Assembly (NCBI GenBank): GCA_963745835.1
Contig: CAVUZH010000013.1
Span: 576,001-640,000 of the forward strand
Origin: an uncultured delta proteobacterium
Lineage (GTDB): Bacteria; Desulfobacterota; Binatia; UBA9968
DNA: 64,000 nucleotides
Direction: 5' to 3'
The notes below the pieces were generated by a model, which was not told where the DNA came from, did no database searches, and was given only the letters and a program-made list of their open reading frames with translations. The translations under genes and the position numbers were made by a program. This document shows, piece by piece, positions 30,549 through 41,917 of this stretch (within the stretch, counting starts at the first letter, position 1; each line of letters starts with the position of its first letter).

Positions 30549-31574
30549 CTATGGCTTGGAAGCAGAGATCTTCTCTACGACTTTCTGAACCAGCTGTGGC
30601 CCTTCGCCAGCAGACATTATTGGTCGGGCAGTCCAGGCATTGTTCGGAATGCGATCAGCTTTGCGGTAGGTCGGTCCATACATTTTAATTTTTGACTGCG
30701 CCGGGAAATTCATGCGAACCTGCAGCCGACGATGGCGCAGGCGCTGCAAAGATATCGTCGCATGTATTGCCGATTCGCCGGCTGAGTCGACCGTCGCCAA
30801 AGCCTTTCCCTCATAATCGATGATTTCACTGTGGCCGCGCGAGCGCACACGTGGGGCGCCGCTACCCAGCACACCGCCGTTGTTTACCGATGCAAAGTAG
30901 GCGACGTTCTCATAGGCTCGTGCTCGCCGCATTTCTTCCCATACAGGAAATGCCGCAGCCGTCGTTTCTGCGGTGAGATGAAGCACGACCTCCGCCCCAC
31001 GCAGCACCAGGCTGCGCGTATGTTCAAAAAAATTAACATCGTTGCCTACCAGGCATGCCAAGCGGCCAAGCGGCGTGTCGAGCACGGGAAAAAGTGGCAC
31101 TTCCCCGTCTCTACGCACGTATTCATTCAGCACATCCGCTGGACTGGTCACCGGTAACAATCCATTGAGAGTCTCCGGGTTGAGTTGTCGATATTTGAGC
31201 TCGACGTTGCCTGACGGCCCGAGGATAAAAGCCGTGTTGAAGAAACGATCCGGCCATGCGTCGCTTTGCTCGAAAGCGGCACCTGCGATGTAGACGCCGT
31301 GTTGCCGACAGAAATCACCCAGTTTATCCGTTTCAGGCCCTGGGATCTGGATGCACACCTTCAGCCAATCGGCGACGGCGCGATTCGGCACGAAGCCTTG
31401 AAGCCAGCCCTCCGGCAAAATGAAGAGACGGCTTTGCTCCGTAGCCGCCGCATAGGCGGCTAACTCCAAACTCCGGTCGAGGTTTCTCTTAAGAAGTTCA
31501 TCTTTGTCGGCAGGATCTTGGATCACAAAAATTTCGCATTGAAGACAACTCATGACATAACTAGAATCTCGCAT
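30549..31574 (-). CDS. Nitrilase/carbon-nitrogen hydrolase homolog lacking the catalytic Lys and Cys
   Basis: LPEG and FFNTAF are retained, but YRQL replaces YRKx and VGND replaces xCYD. Confidence 0.85.
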   Translation of the reverse strand: MRDSSYVMSCLQCEIFVIQDPADKDELLKRNLDRSLELAAYAAATEQSRLFILPEGWLQGFVPNRAVADWLKVCIQIPGPETDKLGDFCRQHGVYIAGAAFEQSDAWPDRFFNTAFILGPSGNVELKYRQLNPETLNGLLPVTSPADVLNEYVRRDGEVPLFPVLDTPLGRLACLVGNDVNFFEHTRSLVLRGAEVVLHLTAETTAAAFPVWEEMRRARAYENVAYFASVNNGGVLGSGAPRVRSRGHSEIIDYEGKALATVDSAGESAIHATISLQRLRHRRLQVRMNFPAQSKIKMYGPTYRKADRIPNNAWTARPIMSAGEGPQLVQKVVEKISASKP

Positions 31575-31585
31575 GGACGCTCCTC

Positions 31586-32707
31586 TCAAGCCGTCGAATC
31601 GCTCTGCGGAGAGACATAAACCTTCTCGGCCAGAAAACGCTCAATCACCGATTTTGTCGCATCGGCGCCTTCGCGACGATTTTGAATCGGTTTGTTCCGC
31701 CAGTGATCTAACGGAAACGCGTCGATACTATCGTACGTCTCCGCATAGAGCGATGATCGAAGCTGGGCCAGAATGTTGAGCTTCACTTGAGCGCGGCGCT
31801 CGCGCAGCGCCTCGATATCGATTGTCGCCTGAGCGACTCCCTCCCCCGGCCCGTTCACTACAGTGACAACGCGTCCCTCGAAACTCACAATCTCCGAGTG
31901 GCCGTGCGAACGAAATACAGGCGAAATCTCTCCTTCCCGCCGTTCTTGAAATATCGGATACGGCGAATCGGCGAAATCTTTGTCCCCGACCGGACCCACA
32001 TAGGCTCCATGATTAACCGAGATGATATAGGCACAATTTTCGTAAGCGCGAGTCCGGCGCGAACACTCCCAGGCATCACGGTGCGGTCCATAAGGCTCGC
32101 CCGTGGGATAAATCAAAACTTCAGCGCCTTTAAGCGCCAGCGCGCGCGCTACCTCGGGAAAATTCATGTCGTAACAGAGAAGACAGCCGAGCTTGCCGAT
32201 GGGCGTATCCACTACCGGGAACAGACCGTCCTCGCCGTACTTTCCCACGTAGTCGGCGTGGCATCCGGACGGCGTAGAGTAGGTCGTATGGCCTTGAACG
32301 TCGGCGCCGTTGTGCTTCCGATACCGCAGGATCACGTCACCGCTGGGCCCGATAATGAAAGCGCTGTTGAACCAGCGGTTGGGCCATTCAGGGTCGTATT
32401 CCATGGTGCCGCCGGCGATGTACATCTTAAACTGTTGCGCCGCCTTACCTAGAGCGTCGGTCTCGGGACCGGGAATGCGAACGCCCACCTTGGTCCATTG
32501 CTCGATGGTGCGGTGCAGATGATCCGCGCCTGTAAGATAGAATTCAGGCAACACGACCAGCTTCGGCTGACCGAAGCGAATCGAGGCGTATTCCATCAGC
32601 GAGATGCTGCGATACAAATTCTCACGTATCGTTTCATCCCTAGTTGCAGGATCCCGCACCTGTCGTATGCTCGTCTGAATGCACGCGACGTTATATGGTT
32701 CAATCAT
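31586..32707 (-). CDS. Nitrilase/carbon-nitrogen hydrolase with an intact E-K-C triad
   Basis: Motifs LPEF, YRKH, LCYDMNFPE, RAYEN; start MIEPYNV at 32707 after an AAGGAG RBS. Confidence 0.9.
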   Translation of the reverse strand: MIEPYNVACIQTSIRQVRDPATRDETIRENLYRSISLMEYASIRFGQPKLVVLPEFYLTGADHLHRTIEQWTKVGVRIPGPETDALGKAAQQFKMYIAGGTMEYDPEWPNRWFNSAFIIGPSGDVILRYRKHNGADVQGHTTYSTPSGCHADYVGKYGEDGLFPVVDTPIGKLGCLLCYDMNFPEVARALALKGAEVLIYPTGEPYGPHRDAWECSRRTRAYENCAYIISVNHGAYVGPVGDKDFADSPYPIFQERREGEISPVFRSHGHSEIVSFEGRVVTVVNGPGEGVAQATIDIEALRERRAQVKLNILAQLRSSLYAETYDSIDAFPLDHWRNKPIQNRREGADATKSVIERFLAEKVYVSPQSDSTA

Positions 32708-33916
32708 GTTTTCTCCTTTTAGGATGAATCGATTGATTAATCCGGATTTCCCGAGATCGCACAAGTATATAGGGCGATAAGTAATCCTCACCTTGCGCAG
32801 AGGTGTGGATACGGAATAGCGCTGGAATTGCCCACGTCTCCTCGCGAAAACTCCCAAGAAGATTCTCACGGCAGAAGCCGTATCGGTAGCGGTACAGACC
32901 AGCACATGCTTTCGGAAAGCGCCCGTTCGGTTCCGGCTTTCTTCTGTGATAGGCCCGGCGCTGCCGCGATCATCATAGCCCGCCCGGTAGCAGCCTCGTC
33001 TAGCTTCGAGACGCGGAGCGTTGTCAAGCTCTGACTGAGAGTACTACACCGGAAGCGATAATGTGAGAAACTCAGCCCGTTTTTGAAAACTTTACGGGGA
33101 ATGCGCACATCCGATTCGAGCGCCGACCGTCCGGTTTAGCGGGTGATCCGGGGTCACCATTAGCCGAGCCCGGCGTTCTTCTGATAACTTTGTCAGTCCG
33201 ACATTTCGTATCTCTCCCACTACCGCTCATCTCGCGTCCGGATACCACCAATTAGAATCAGAATTCGAACTCGCATGCCGCATCCGGTATCGAACCCCAT
33301 ATTGGACCAAGATCAAATTGAAACAAGATGGTGTCGCGCATTTTCTCGTGGCAGGGTTTCACCAAATCGTCATCTATAAACCTGGCAAAACAGACGATGA
33401 TGTCGTCCTCGGAAGTGGTCCGTTGTTTTATCAACGACGCGATTGACCAATTCTATTTAGGAGTTGAGCCGGCCGGAGGATCTCCCGCCGCTTTGCCAGT
33501 TAGACCGATCCTTCCAATGCACGAAGGAATCGGTATCGTTCTGAGAGCCTGGCACGTACCTGGTCATTTGCAACATGCGCGGTCATTTTAATGACGCCAT
33601 GTTCGGTTACGTCGGAGTGGACTAACACATAAGCGCCACAACCGAGACTGTTCTCGATCCAGCTGCTGCCGGATGCGCTTCTTTCGGCTATCTGGCACGG
33701 CTGTGATTTAGCTAATTGGGATTTTTGGTGCGGGAGTTCGGCCGCATAAGCAAGCAGTGAGGACGATTGCTCTTGGCCAAGCTATGCTGCAAGAATATTC
33801 ATCGTCGCTACTCTATGCGGCTCAATGCAGGGAACGAGTCATTATGGTAAAAGGCGGTCGGAGCACTGCTGCGGATTGGATATAAACTTAGCGCCTTTGC
33901 ACCTTGGCGGGAGAAA

Positions 33917-35197
33917 TCAGCGCAGCGCTTTAAGGGCTTCGTTCAAGTAATCGGCAACGGCGGCGCTTTGCAGGATGCTCGTGTGTGTTTCGTCGAAGCC
34001 ACGCTCCGTGCGAGCTTCCTCTTGCGCCTCTTGTCGAAGCTGGCTCGACAACGCGACGATCCCGTCGTTGGGCCCCGAGCCGCGAAATCCGAACAGCAGG
34101 TGATATGTCATGGTCTTGGGCAGGCGTCGGCGTTTGGTCTTTGCGGCCGGATCCTCGTAGAAGAGTCCGTCGAGATACTCGCTACCGGGCGCCAGCCCGT
34201 ACCACGAACGAACGACGATCGGGGACACCTCCACGCCTTTGCCGGCCGAGGCCATACCGCCCATGGGCGACGAGATCGTCACGTAGGTGCGTACGACATC
34301 GGCTGCGTTGGTCTCGTAGTCTTGTAGCAAGAACCCGCGTGTCACGAGCCCGCCCATGCTGTGCGCAACGACCGCCGCCCGGTCGAAGCCGTACTGCACG
34401 CGAAGCCGAACGAAGAGTTGGGTGAGCAGAGCAGCTAGATTATCCAAGCGGGCTCCGGAAGGATAGTAGAAGACCCAAGGCTGGAAGCGCGTGCGATCCA
34501 GCCTATCGATCAGCGGAGCGAATTCTAGCGGTGTCCCGGCGATTCCGTGAACGAAGAGCACCGGGATTTTTTTCGGATCGTACGCTTGAAGGAAGTAGAT
34601 GCCGGGTCGGGTATCGAGCAGGAAGTCGTAGAACTGCCACATACCCTTCGTGGCAACCTCGCGGCTGAAGCGGGGGTCGGCAAGGGTCGTCACCTCACCG
34701 GCCACACTTAGGGCAAACACACTGACGCGGTGCTGGTCGGTGGTATCGCGGGCCTGGAGGTCGCTTAGGGCAAACTTTTCGCGGGTGAAGCGCCCCTGCA
34801 ACGGAATACGCAGCTCAATCCCCTCCAGCTTCTGACCGCTTGCGAGCGCAATAGCCTGGTTCGGGTCGGGACGAAGGGCCGGTTCTTCGTTGTAGCGACC
34901 GTCGCCATCGATGTCCTCGAACGCCCCGAGCCAGTACGTCCCGGGCTCTACGGCAAAGATCCAAGGGCCTGGCTTCTCCGTCACGAAGTGGTCGAGGAGG
35001 AACGGACCCGACTTGCCCTGGGCCAGGATCCCAACGATGAGAGGACCCCGCGATTCATGATCGGTCGTCACCGTCCCACTGATGACAGCGTTCCGGTCGG
35101 CGCGCCGTTGCTGTTCGCGCACGGCTAAAATGGTCGAACAGCCGCTGCAACCGATCGCCGTTCCTGCCAGCGCCAGTGCCAGGATCCGATGACACAA
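33917..35197 (-). CDS. Alpha/beta hydrolase lipoprotein (lipase/PGAP1-like)
   Basis: Lipoprotein-like N-terminus; motifs PVLFVHG, AHSMGG, DGIVA, HTSIL. Confidence 0.85.
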   Translation of the reverse strand: MCHRILALALAGTAIGCSGCSTILAVREQQRRADRNAVISGTVTTDHESRGPLIVGILAQGKSGPFLLDHFVTEKPGPWIFAVEPGTYWLGAFEDIDGDGRYNEEPALRPDPNQAIALASGQKLEGIELRIPLQGRFTREKFALSDLQARDTTDQHRVSVFALSVAGEVTTLADPRFSREVATKGMWQFYDFLLDTRPGIYFLQAYDPKKIPVLFVHGIAGTPLEFAPLIDRLDRTRFQPWVFYYPSGARLDNLAALLTQLFVRLRVQYGFDRAAVVAHSMGGLVTRGFLLQDYETNAADVVRTYVTISSPMGGMASAGKGVEVSPIVVRSWYGLAPGSEYLDGLFYEDPAAKTKRRRLPKTMTYHLLFGFRGSGPNDGIVALSSQLRQEAQEEARTERGFDETHTSILQSAAVADYLNEALKALR

Positions 35198-35520
35198 CCT
35201 GTTCAGGAAAGATCTAGAGGAAATTTATACACCCTTTTTTCGGCAGCGAGCTGTCGCCCTGATCCAGTGAGCAGTCAAATTAAAGTGATTGCTTGCCGGG
35301 CACCGGTCGGAAAACGAAGGCTACAGCCGAGATTTACCTAAATGATGCTGCCCCGTTCTCTACTCTACGGGTATACGAGACGAGCCGCGTCATGGATATT
35401 GGGATATACGCGTCGACGAAATCCTGGATGAGTCGCAATAATCAATTCGCGCCATAGGCAATAACTCATGCCTCACCTGCAACCCCTACTTGTACCGGTG
35501 AATTGTACTACATCCGATCC

Positions 35521-36513
35521 TTACCGGTACAGTCGCGAGTAGAACCCGCTGTCTTCAAGCTCTTTGATAAAGCGCGTCTCGATAAATTGTTCAGGTTTCG
35601 CATTGGCAACCTCTGGGGTGCTTGCCGTCATGAAATTCATTAGCGTCTGAAGTCCGCTCTTTGTCGGATAGGGGATTTTCGGTGCGGCTTTGAGCACGAC
35701 TTCCCGATATGCCTCTTCGATCGATTTGTCGTCGCCTTTTAAATATTTCTTCATGATCTGCTGCGTGCCTTTTGGATTGGTATGGATGTAGTGAATGCCT
35801 TCCGAATAAGCCATGACGAAACGCCGCAGCGCGTCTGCTTTCTGGTTGATAAAAGTTCGGGTGGTATAAATGGCGTTTTGCTGGAATTCGACATCGATAT
35901 CCATGAAGTTCGACAGGACACGAAATCCCAATTCCCTCGCTTTGCTGGTTTCAGGCGGTATCAACAGAGTTGCCGCGACGGCGCCGTTGACCAATGCCGC
36001 GAAACGGCTCGGCACGGCGCCCACCGCGATCAGACTCAAGTCCTTTTCCGGCTGCAGACCAAGCCTCGGCAACACGAACAGAACCGCGGTGTGATCGGCG
36101 GCCCCGAGCCGCGCGATCGCAAAGCGCCTGCCTTTCAAATACGTGATGTCTTTTGTATTGGGCGTTGCCACCAGTTGGTAGGGAAATCTATTGGTATTAC
36201 CTAGAATGATATAGGTGCCAGCGCCTTTGAGATTGGTTTGGATCGACGGCGCCGGACCTCCCTGGGCAATGGCGACTTCGCCGGACAAAAGCGCGGCGTT
36301 GACGATCGGCGCGCCGCTGATCAACACGAGATCGACATCGAGACCATGTTTTTTAAACAAACCGATGTCCCGGGGCACCCAGAGATTTACTTGGCTCGTA
36401 CTGATCGACGCCATCGCCACGCGAAGACGTTCCGCTTGTGCATGCAAGTCACGAACGCCGACTGAATTTGCGAAAACAGAGACAAGCAAAATAAAAACAT
36501 TGGTGAGTTTCAT
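35521..36513 (-). CDS. NMT1/SsuA-type ABC substrate-binding protein
   Basis: Motifs GLFKKHGLDV, LKGRRFAIARLG, KPEQFIETRFIKELEDSGF. Confidence 0.88.
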   Translation of the reverse strand: MKLTNVFILLVSVFANSVGVRDLHAQAERLRVAMASISTSQVNLWVPRDIGLFKKHGLDVDLVLISGAPIVNAALLSGEVAIAQGGPAPSIQTNLKGAGTYIILGNTNRFPYQLVATPNTKDITYLKGRRFAIARLGAADHTAVLFVLPRLGLQPEKDLSLIAVGAVPSRFAALVNGAVAATLLIPPETSKARELGFRVLSNFMDIDVEFQQNAIYTTRTFINQKADALRRFVMAYSEGIHYIHTNPKGTQQIMKKYLKGDDKSIEEAYREVVLKAAPKIPYPTKSGLQTLMNFMTASTPEVANAKPEQFIETRFIKELEDSGFYSRLYR

Positions 36514-36939
36514 GGTTTGGAACTATTCCGAAAGTCCGAAAATATCAACTATAAGATCTCCTCGAACCAGTAATTCAAATCATACGTGACCTTGGGATCT
36601 CTCTTCACCTTTTCCAAAGAACGGTGCGGGAACACTGGCCGGCAGATGCATCGGTGCGCCCGCAGACTCAAGCAGATTTAGCAAGCTTGATGATCTTGTG
36701 TGTCACAGCACGACTCACCCGTCGGGAGGGCTTTCTTCGCTGGGAGAAAGCGTCTATACGCAGCAACTAGGATGATAAGCGTGATTTCGGGTATGGCGTC
36801 GGAATTTACAGGTGGCGACACTGGCGGGATTTTAGTATAGAAATTGGTCACGCGATAAGGACTCCTGAGATCGAGTGTTGGCAACGTTGCAGGATGCGGA
36901 TGACAGCCGGTGATTCGCGGCCTGGCAAAGGGAGAAACT

Positions 36940-38297
36940 ATGACGGATCACGCTGATGCGTTCGTCGCCACAATCGAAGCAAGGGTGAGCGACATCCTTG
37001 ACCGCTGCACCCGTTGTGGAAAATGCGTCGAGGTCTGCCCGACCGCGGGACCTGCGGGGATTGATACCAGCGAGCCCGCCGCGATCGTCGGCGATGTGCT
37101 GGATATCCTGCGCGGCGGGGGTGATCGATCAAGCCGCGGCGCGCGTTGGGCAAACGCATGCACCGGCTCCGGCCGTTGTATTTCCGCCTGCGACGACGGC
37201 ATTAACCCACGTTTCATGCTGGCAGCGACCCGTCTCAGGCTCAACGAGCGGCGGCAAGCGGACGAACGGCGCGCCACCGGTCGCGCCGGATTTAAAAAAA
37301 TGTCCACAGCAGTGAAAGTGCTCTCACGTCTTCAGCTTCCCGCCGATCTGCTCGCTGGCCTCACGCGAGCGCCCGACGGCGACTCCGAGCCCGCCCGGAT
37401 ATCGTCATGTATCTCGGTTGCAACGTTCTCAAGACCCCTCACATCGCGCTTTTGTGTCTCGAAGTCCTGGCTCGTCTCGGCACGCGCTACAAAGTCTTTG
37501 CAGGCCCGGCCTATTGTTGCGGCGTGATTCAGTACCGCGCCGGCGACACCAAAACATCCGGACGAATTGGCGGCAATACGGTGGCCGGGTTCGCCGGCAC
37601 CGGCGCTCCACGCGTGCTCACGTGGTGCCCGACCTGCAACATCCAACTAAGCGAGATCGTCATGCCGAGCACCGACGCAAGCTTCAATCTTGAGCACGTC
37701 GTGCCGTACATCGCAGCACGCATCGAATTGCTCCGCCCCCACTTCATCCATTCGATCAACAAGCGGATCGCATTGCATGAGCATCCGGGCGTGGCCGGCG
37801 TGACCGAAGGCGCCATTAAAATTCTCACGGCAATCCCCGGTTTGGAACTGGTCGACCTTGAACAACCTCGGGTCGGCTATATGTGCAACTCGCTTGCGCC
37901 CGTGCCGGCGTACAAACGCGAACTTCACGCCCGTGAGCTCGATGCCGCGACAGCCGCCGGCGTCGACTACCTCGTGGGAATCTACCATGCCTGTCATCGC
38001 GAACTATGCGCTCACGAAAGCACTTCGCCGTTCAAGGTCGTCAACTTTCTAGAACTGGTCGGCGAGGCCATGGGCATCAAAAAAGCCGATCTGTTCAAGC
38101 AATGGAAGATGATGCAAGACGTCGATCGCGTTCTGGCCGAAGTGGCCAAGCAGGCAACGGATGCGGGGCTAGACTTGGAAAACGTCCGCGAAGTACTGGT
38201 TGCCCATATGTTGGGCGAGCAGCCTCTACCGATCGGTTTCCGTGACACGCCAGCGATTGACTCCGCGAATGCGCCGGTTCGGGTGATCTCGGAGTAG
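36940..38297 (+). CDS. HdrD/GlpC-like (Fe-S)-binding protein (4Fe-4S dicluster plus CCG domains) with a frameshift near 37396
   Basis: CTRCGKCVEVCP and CTGSGRCISAC in the first frame; YLGCN, YCCG, CPTC and YHAC in the second. The frames join as EPAPDIVMYLGC with one added C. Confidence 0.82.
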
Positions 38298-38520
38298 CGT
38301 AGGAGAACCACTGCGCTCGGAGAACTCTGGATAATTAGGCCAAATTGTAGCGAGTGCCTCGGTAGTTCAAAAAGGAGAGTAGAAGGAATGAAAGATCAAA
38401 ATGCGGAATTCCAGTAACGAAAGGAACTCACGTAAAACACCAGCTAATCGGTATTTGGGCTGAATGCAAAAATAGGCGTCGCGGTGTAGAAGAGATTGCT
38501 GACCCATGAGGGAGATCATC

Positions 38521-39898
38521 ATGGCCAAATGGCGAATATTGTCGATCTCTAAGTTGCTTCTTTCCTGGTTATGTTGAGCGTCGGGATACCGCAAGCGGTC
38601 GCTCAACTAATCACAGAGGAGGTTGTCTTAGGCGACGGCGCGCTCGGCCGCTATCGTGCCCCGGCGGTCGGGCCTGTGTCCCACATCGCATTCCTTGCGA
38701 TCCATCGGACCTCGGACTATCGGAACCACGCGTCAAGCACGAATTTGGCAGATCGGGGCTTCGGCACTCTCGGCATCCGAACTAGGTTCGGCAACAGCGA
38801 AGCCGCCGTAAACTTCGAGCTAATCGCTCTCGATGTCCGGAACGGAATACGATTCCTGAAGAACGTGAAAGGGCACACCCGCGTCATTTTAATCGGCCAT
38901 AGCGGCGGCGGTCCCACCACGTCCTATTTTCAGGCCCTAGCGGAAAACGGCCCATCGTATTGCCAGGGGCGTAACAAGATTACCGAATGCCCGTTTACGG
39001 GAGCTGAATTTTTGCCCACAGACAGGGCCGCTGGAATCGTTTACGTTGATGCGCATCCGGGCATCGGGGTTAATCAGCTGCGTTCGCTTAATGCCTCCGT
39101 AGTCAATGAGGACCAACCCTTCGGTCCTGCGACCAATAAAACGCTCGATCCTTTCGACCCGGCACACGGGTACAACGGCCTCCCGCCAGACCACGAACCG
39201 GATGGCGATTCGACCTACTCGGATCATTTTGTCGATAAATACGCTCAGGGGCAGTCGAGACGCATGAACGGTCTGATTGAAGAAGCTCTGCTACTCAGGA
39301 AGAAGATAGGACTTGGGTTGATTGAGACGCCTAATCCTAATGACCTGACTCAGCACCCGTTTCCCATCTTTCGCGCCAACGCGCGGCTGGTGCAACTTAG
39401 CACGGAGGTTCAGTGCTGCACCCTGAACCCGACCAGACTTCTACAAGACAGCACGGGGACCCTCTCTGTTCCTCCGCAGATCATTCACACGGTGCGAGTT
39501 CCTCAGCCAGAGATCAGGGAGGATGATCAAGATGAAAACGAGTTTGAAGATTTATCGCTCACGTCGTTCTTGACCGCCAATGCCATCCGATCCAAGCATC
39601 GCTGGATGAGAGCAGGATCGATTGGTGTAGCACTAACAACTCCACACCGTGCGCGGTCGCGAATATTTCCGTGCCAACCTTGGTAATGGCGATGCAGGGG
39701 CATTACTTCATTCGTGACGGTGAATACATCTATGAAAGCTCGGCCAGTAAGGATAAGCAGTTTGTGGTAGTGGAAGGCGCGACCCACGGGCTTGGCAACT
39801 GCAATGCATGCGCAGACTACCATGGAACTGGCCCTTACACGAACGTTCCGCGAAATCTTTGGAACTACGTGCGCGATTGGGCCAACTCTCGGTTTTAG
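38521..39898 (+). CDS. Secreted alpha/beta hydrolase with probable frameshifts near 38563 and 39599
   Basis: GHSGGG nucleophile motif. The C-terminal VPTLVMAM...VEGATH lies in the 39671-39898 frame. An RBS and ATG at 38521 would give a signal peptide with one added base. Confidence 0.75.
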
Positions 39899-39920
39899 CG
39901 ATTATTATTAGCAGTTGAAA

Positions 39921-39961
39921 CTAAAAGGCCGGACGTTAAGTTGAAACGCCCGGCCTTTTAG
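39921..39961. terminator. Intrinsic terminator-like hairpin, possibly bidirectional
   Basis: CTAAAAGGCCGGACG...CGCCCGGCCTTTTAG, 22 nt downstream of the hydrolase stop. Confidence 0.75.
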
Positions 39962-40155
39962 CTATCTGTGAACACGAGAGACGCCGGTTAGCCTGGCTTA
40001 GCTGGCTAGATCGTCGGCTGAAATCATTAGTTTTTGACCACTGTATATCGCTGTATATATATAGTCGGTTTTTCACAGCCTCTCCGCGGCAGAGATGGGT
40101 CTACTCTTGAATCTTGACGTTTTTTAATTGCTCATGTTGTCAGTTCCTCGAAGTT

Positions 40156-40240
40156 TCGAATTCAACTCCACTACCTCTTGCTCGCGATCGCCACGCCGTC
40201 GCGCAGCTTGGCCCAGGCGATTTGCGGATGGACGCGCGCT
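40156..40240 (-). repeat. MetE-like gene-tail repeat, copy C
   Basis: Minus strand reads RVHPQIAWAKLRDGVAIASKR*WS*. Confidence 0.78.
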
Positions 40241-40361
40241 GCGGGAAAGCGCTTGTTTCGCCGTGGCGGTTGGAATAGATTGCCCGATAGCTTGCAACCA
40301 ATGTCGCGCATACGGCGACTTTCCCGATTAATCCGTTGGACGATAAATTAAGGAGACTGCC

Positions 40362-41387
40362 ATGATCGACATGCATGCCCATTGGAGGCCCGCCGAGCTG
40401 ATCGACGCCCTGCGCGCCCGCACCAAGGAACCGCGCATCGTGCGCAATCAGGACGGCGTAGAAGTGGTGAAAAGCCGGATCGGTGAGGAACCGGTATCCA
40501 AGGCGTTTGATGACGTGGAATTCCATCTCGCAAGGATGGATCGCCAGGGCGTGAACACCAGCGTGCTGTCGCTGCTCGGTGCGTTCTGCTGGATCGAGTC
40601 GCAGCCGGTCGAGGTTTCGCTGCCGCTGTGCAGGATGGTCAACGATGCGCTATCGGGGCTTTGCCAGAAAAACGAAGGGTGCTTCAATGCGTTTGCCGCC
40701 CTGCCGCTTGTGGATATGTCCGGCGCCGCCGCCGAGTTCGAGCGCGCGCTGGCGCTGCCGGGTGTCGTCGGCGCGCAAGTGCCGGGAAACGGGTTTCTCA
40801 CCAAGAAAGACGCCGAGAACATGCGCCCGTTGTTGGAGGTGGCGAACCGGCACCGTGCGGTCGTGTTCATTCACCACGGGCCGCGGCCTGGCGATACGTT
40901 TCCCAAAGTATCCGGCGACACCGATAATGCGCGCCGCCGTAACGGCACGCTCGATATGCAAGCGAGCCTGTCCTCGGTGATGGTGACCCTGTGCCTCACC
41001 GATTACCTCGCGCCGTACCCCGATGCGACGGTCCTCGTTCACAATCTCGGCGGCAATATTCCTTACGAGATCGAGCGCATGGATCACCGCTCCCTGCTGG
41101 ATACCCCTAACGAGGAACTGCCGTCGTCGCGCTTCCGCCGCGCAAAAGTTTTCGTGGATTGCAACTCGTTCGGCCCCGGCGCCATCGAGGCCGCGGTGCG
41201 CTTGTACGGCGCTGAGCGCATCGTGTGCGGCACCGACGGAACGGAATTTGGCTGCGAGTGGACCAGCAAGGCGCTTGCGGAAGCGCAGATCGGCGAGGAA
41301 GCACGCGAGAAGATCTTGCGCAGCAATGCCGCGGCGATGATGTCGCGGCTCGCCAAGGTCGCACAGCGCGAAATCGTCGCCGCGTAA
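40362..41387 (+). CDS. Amidohydrolase_2 family protein (ACMSD/decarboxylase-like)
   Basis: Motifs IDMHAH, VFIHH, HNLGG, GTD. Confidence 0.9.
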   Translation: MIDMHAHWRPAELIDALRARTKEPRIVRNQDGVEVVKSRIGEEPVSKAFDDVEFHLARMDRQGVNTSVLSLLGAFCWIESQPVEVSLPLCRMVNDALSGLCQKNEGCFNAFAALPLVDMSGAAAEFERALALPGVVGAQVPGNGFLTKKDAENMRPLLEVANRHRAVVFIHHGPRPGDTFPKVSGDTDNARRRNGTLDMQASLSSVMVTLCLTDYLAPYPDATVLVHNLGGNIPYEIERMDHRSLLDTPNEELPSSRFRRAKVFVDCNSFGPGAIEAAVRLYGAERIVCGTDGTEFGCEWTSKALAEAQIGEEAREKILRSNAAAMMSRLAKVAQREIVAA

Positions 41388-41400
41388 TCCTCGCGCGGGC

Positions 41401-41528
41401 GCAGTCTGCTGAAAAAGACCCATATGCTTCGTTGCGCTCAATCGTCTCGCCTCAACGTACTGCGGATGTACGCCTCCGCTCGTCGATTTTTCGCGCGCCT
41501 CGCCTCTGGATCTTTTTGAGCAGCCTGC
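41401..41528. mobile_element. ~130-bp palindromic MITE-like element, copy 1
   Basis: Inverted ends GCAGTCTGCTGAAAAAG / CTTTTTGAGCAGCCTGC around an internal hairpin; homologous to 61314-61433. Confidence 0.75.
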
Positions 41529-41917
41529 AAGAAGGTTTTTCCACCAAGCTGTACTAGACGTTTAGAGAATTCTGCGGTTCATAAAAGCGCTTGAAGGGCG
41601 GTTGCTACCGGTGGACGCCGCTCGCTCATACCGCGCAGGCGCTCTTAAGTTCACCTTGCTGCTTGGATCGCGGCGTCGTCGCTTAAGGCGCGCAGCCTTG
41701 CTCACGCGACCTGCGGTTAGGCGCGGCCGCTAGGCGGCAATCGGTTCCAGCGATTACATTTTCACATGCTGAGAGTGGACCGCTGTTGACTACTTGGACA
41801 TAGTTCTCGTTGGGACCTTCGAAACCTGGACGTCAAGGGCCCGACCTGGCGACCACTCGGCAACCTCTACTCGTTATTCCGAATAGCAGCAGAACTCCTG
41901 CAGCTTCCTCGCGGATT

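Noticed and set aside
32710-33900. 1.2-kb gap that might hide a small gene, an RNA or another Y1 relic (HRRYSMRLNA near 33800)
   Set aside because: The resemblance is short and weak, and I could support no ORF, hairpin or repeat there.
41580-41760. GC-rich stretch with GCGGTTAGGC resembling an integron attC end
   Set aside because: I found no matching inverse core site or extended palindrome, and no cassette array.
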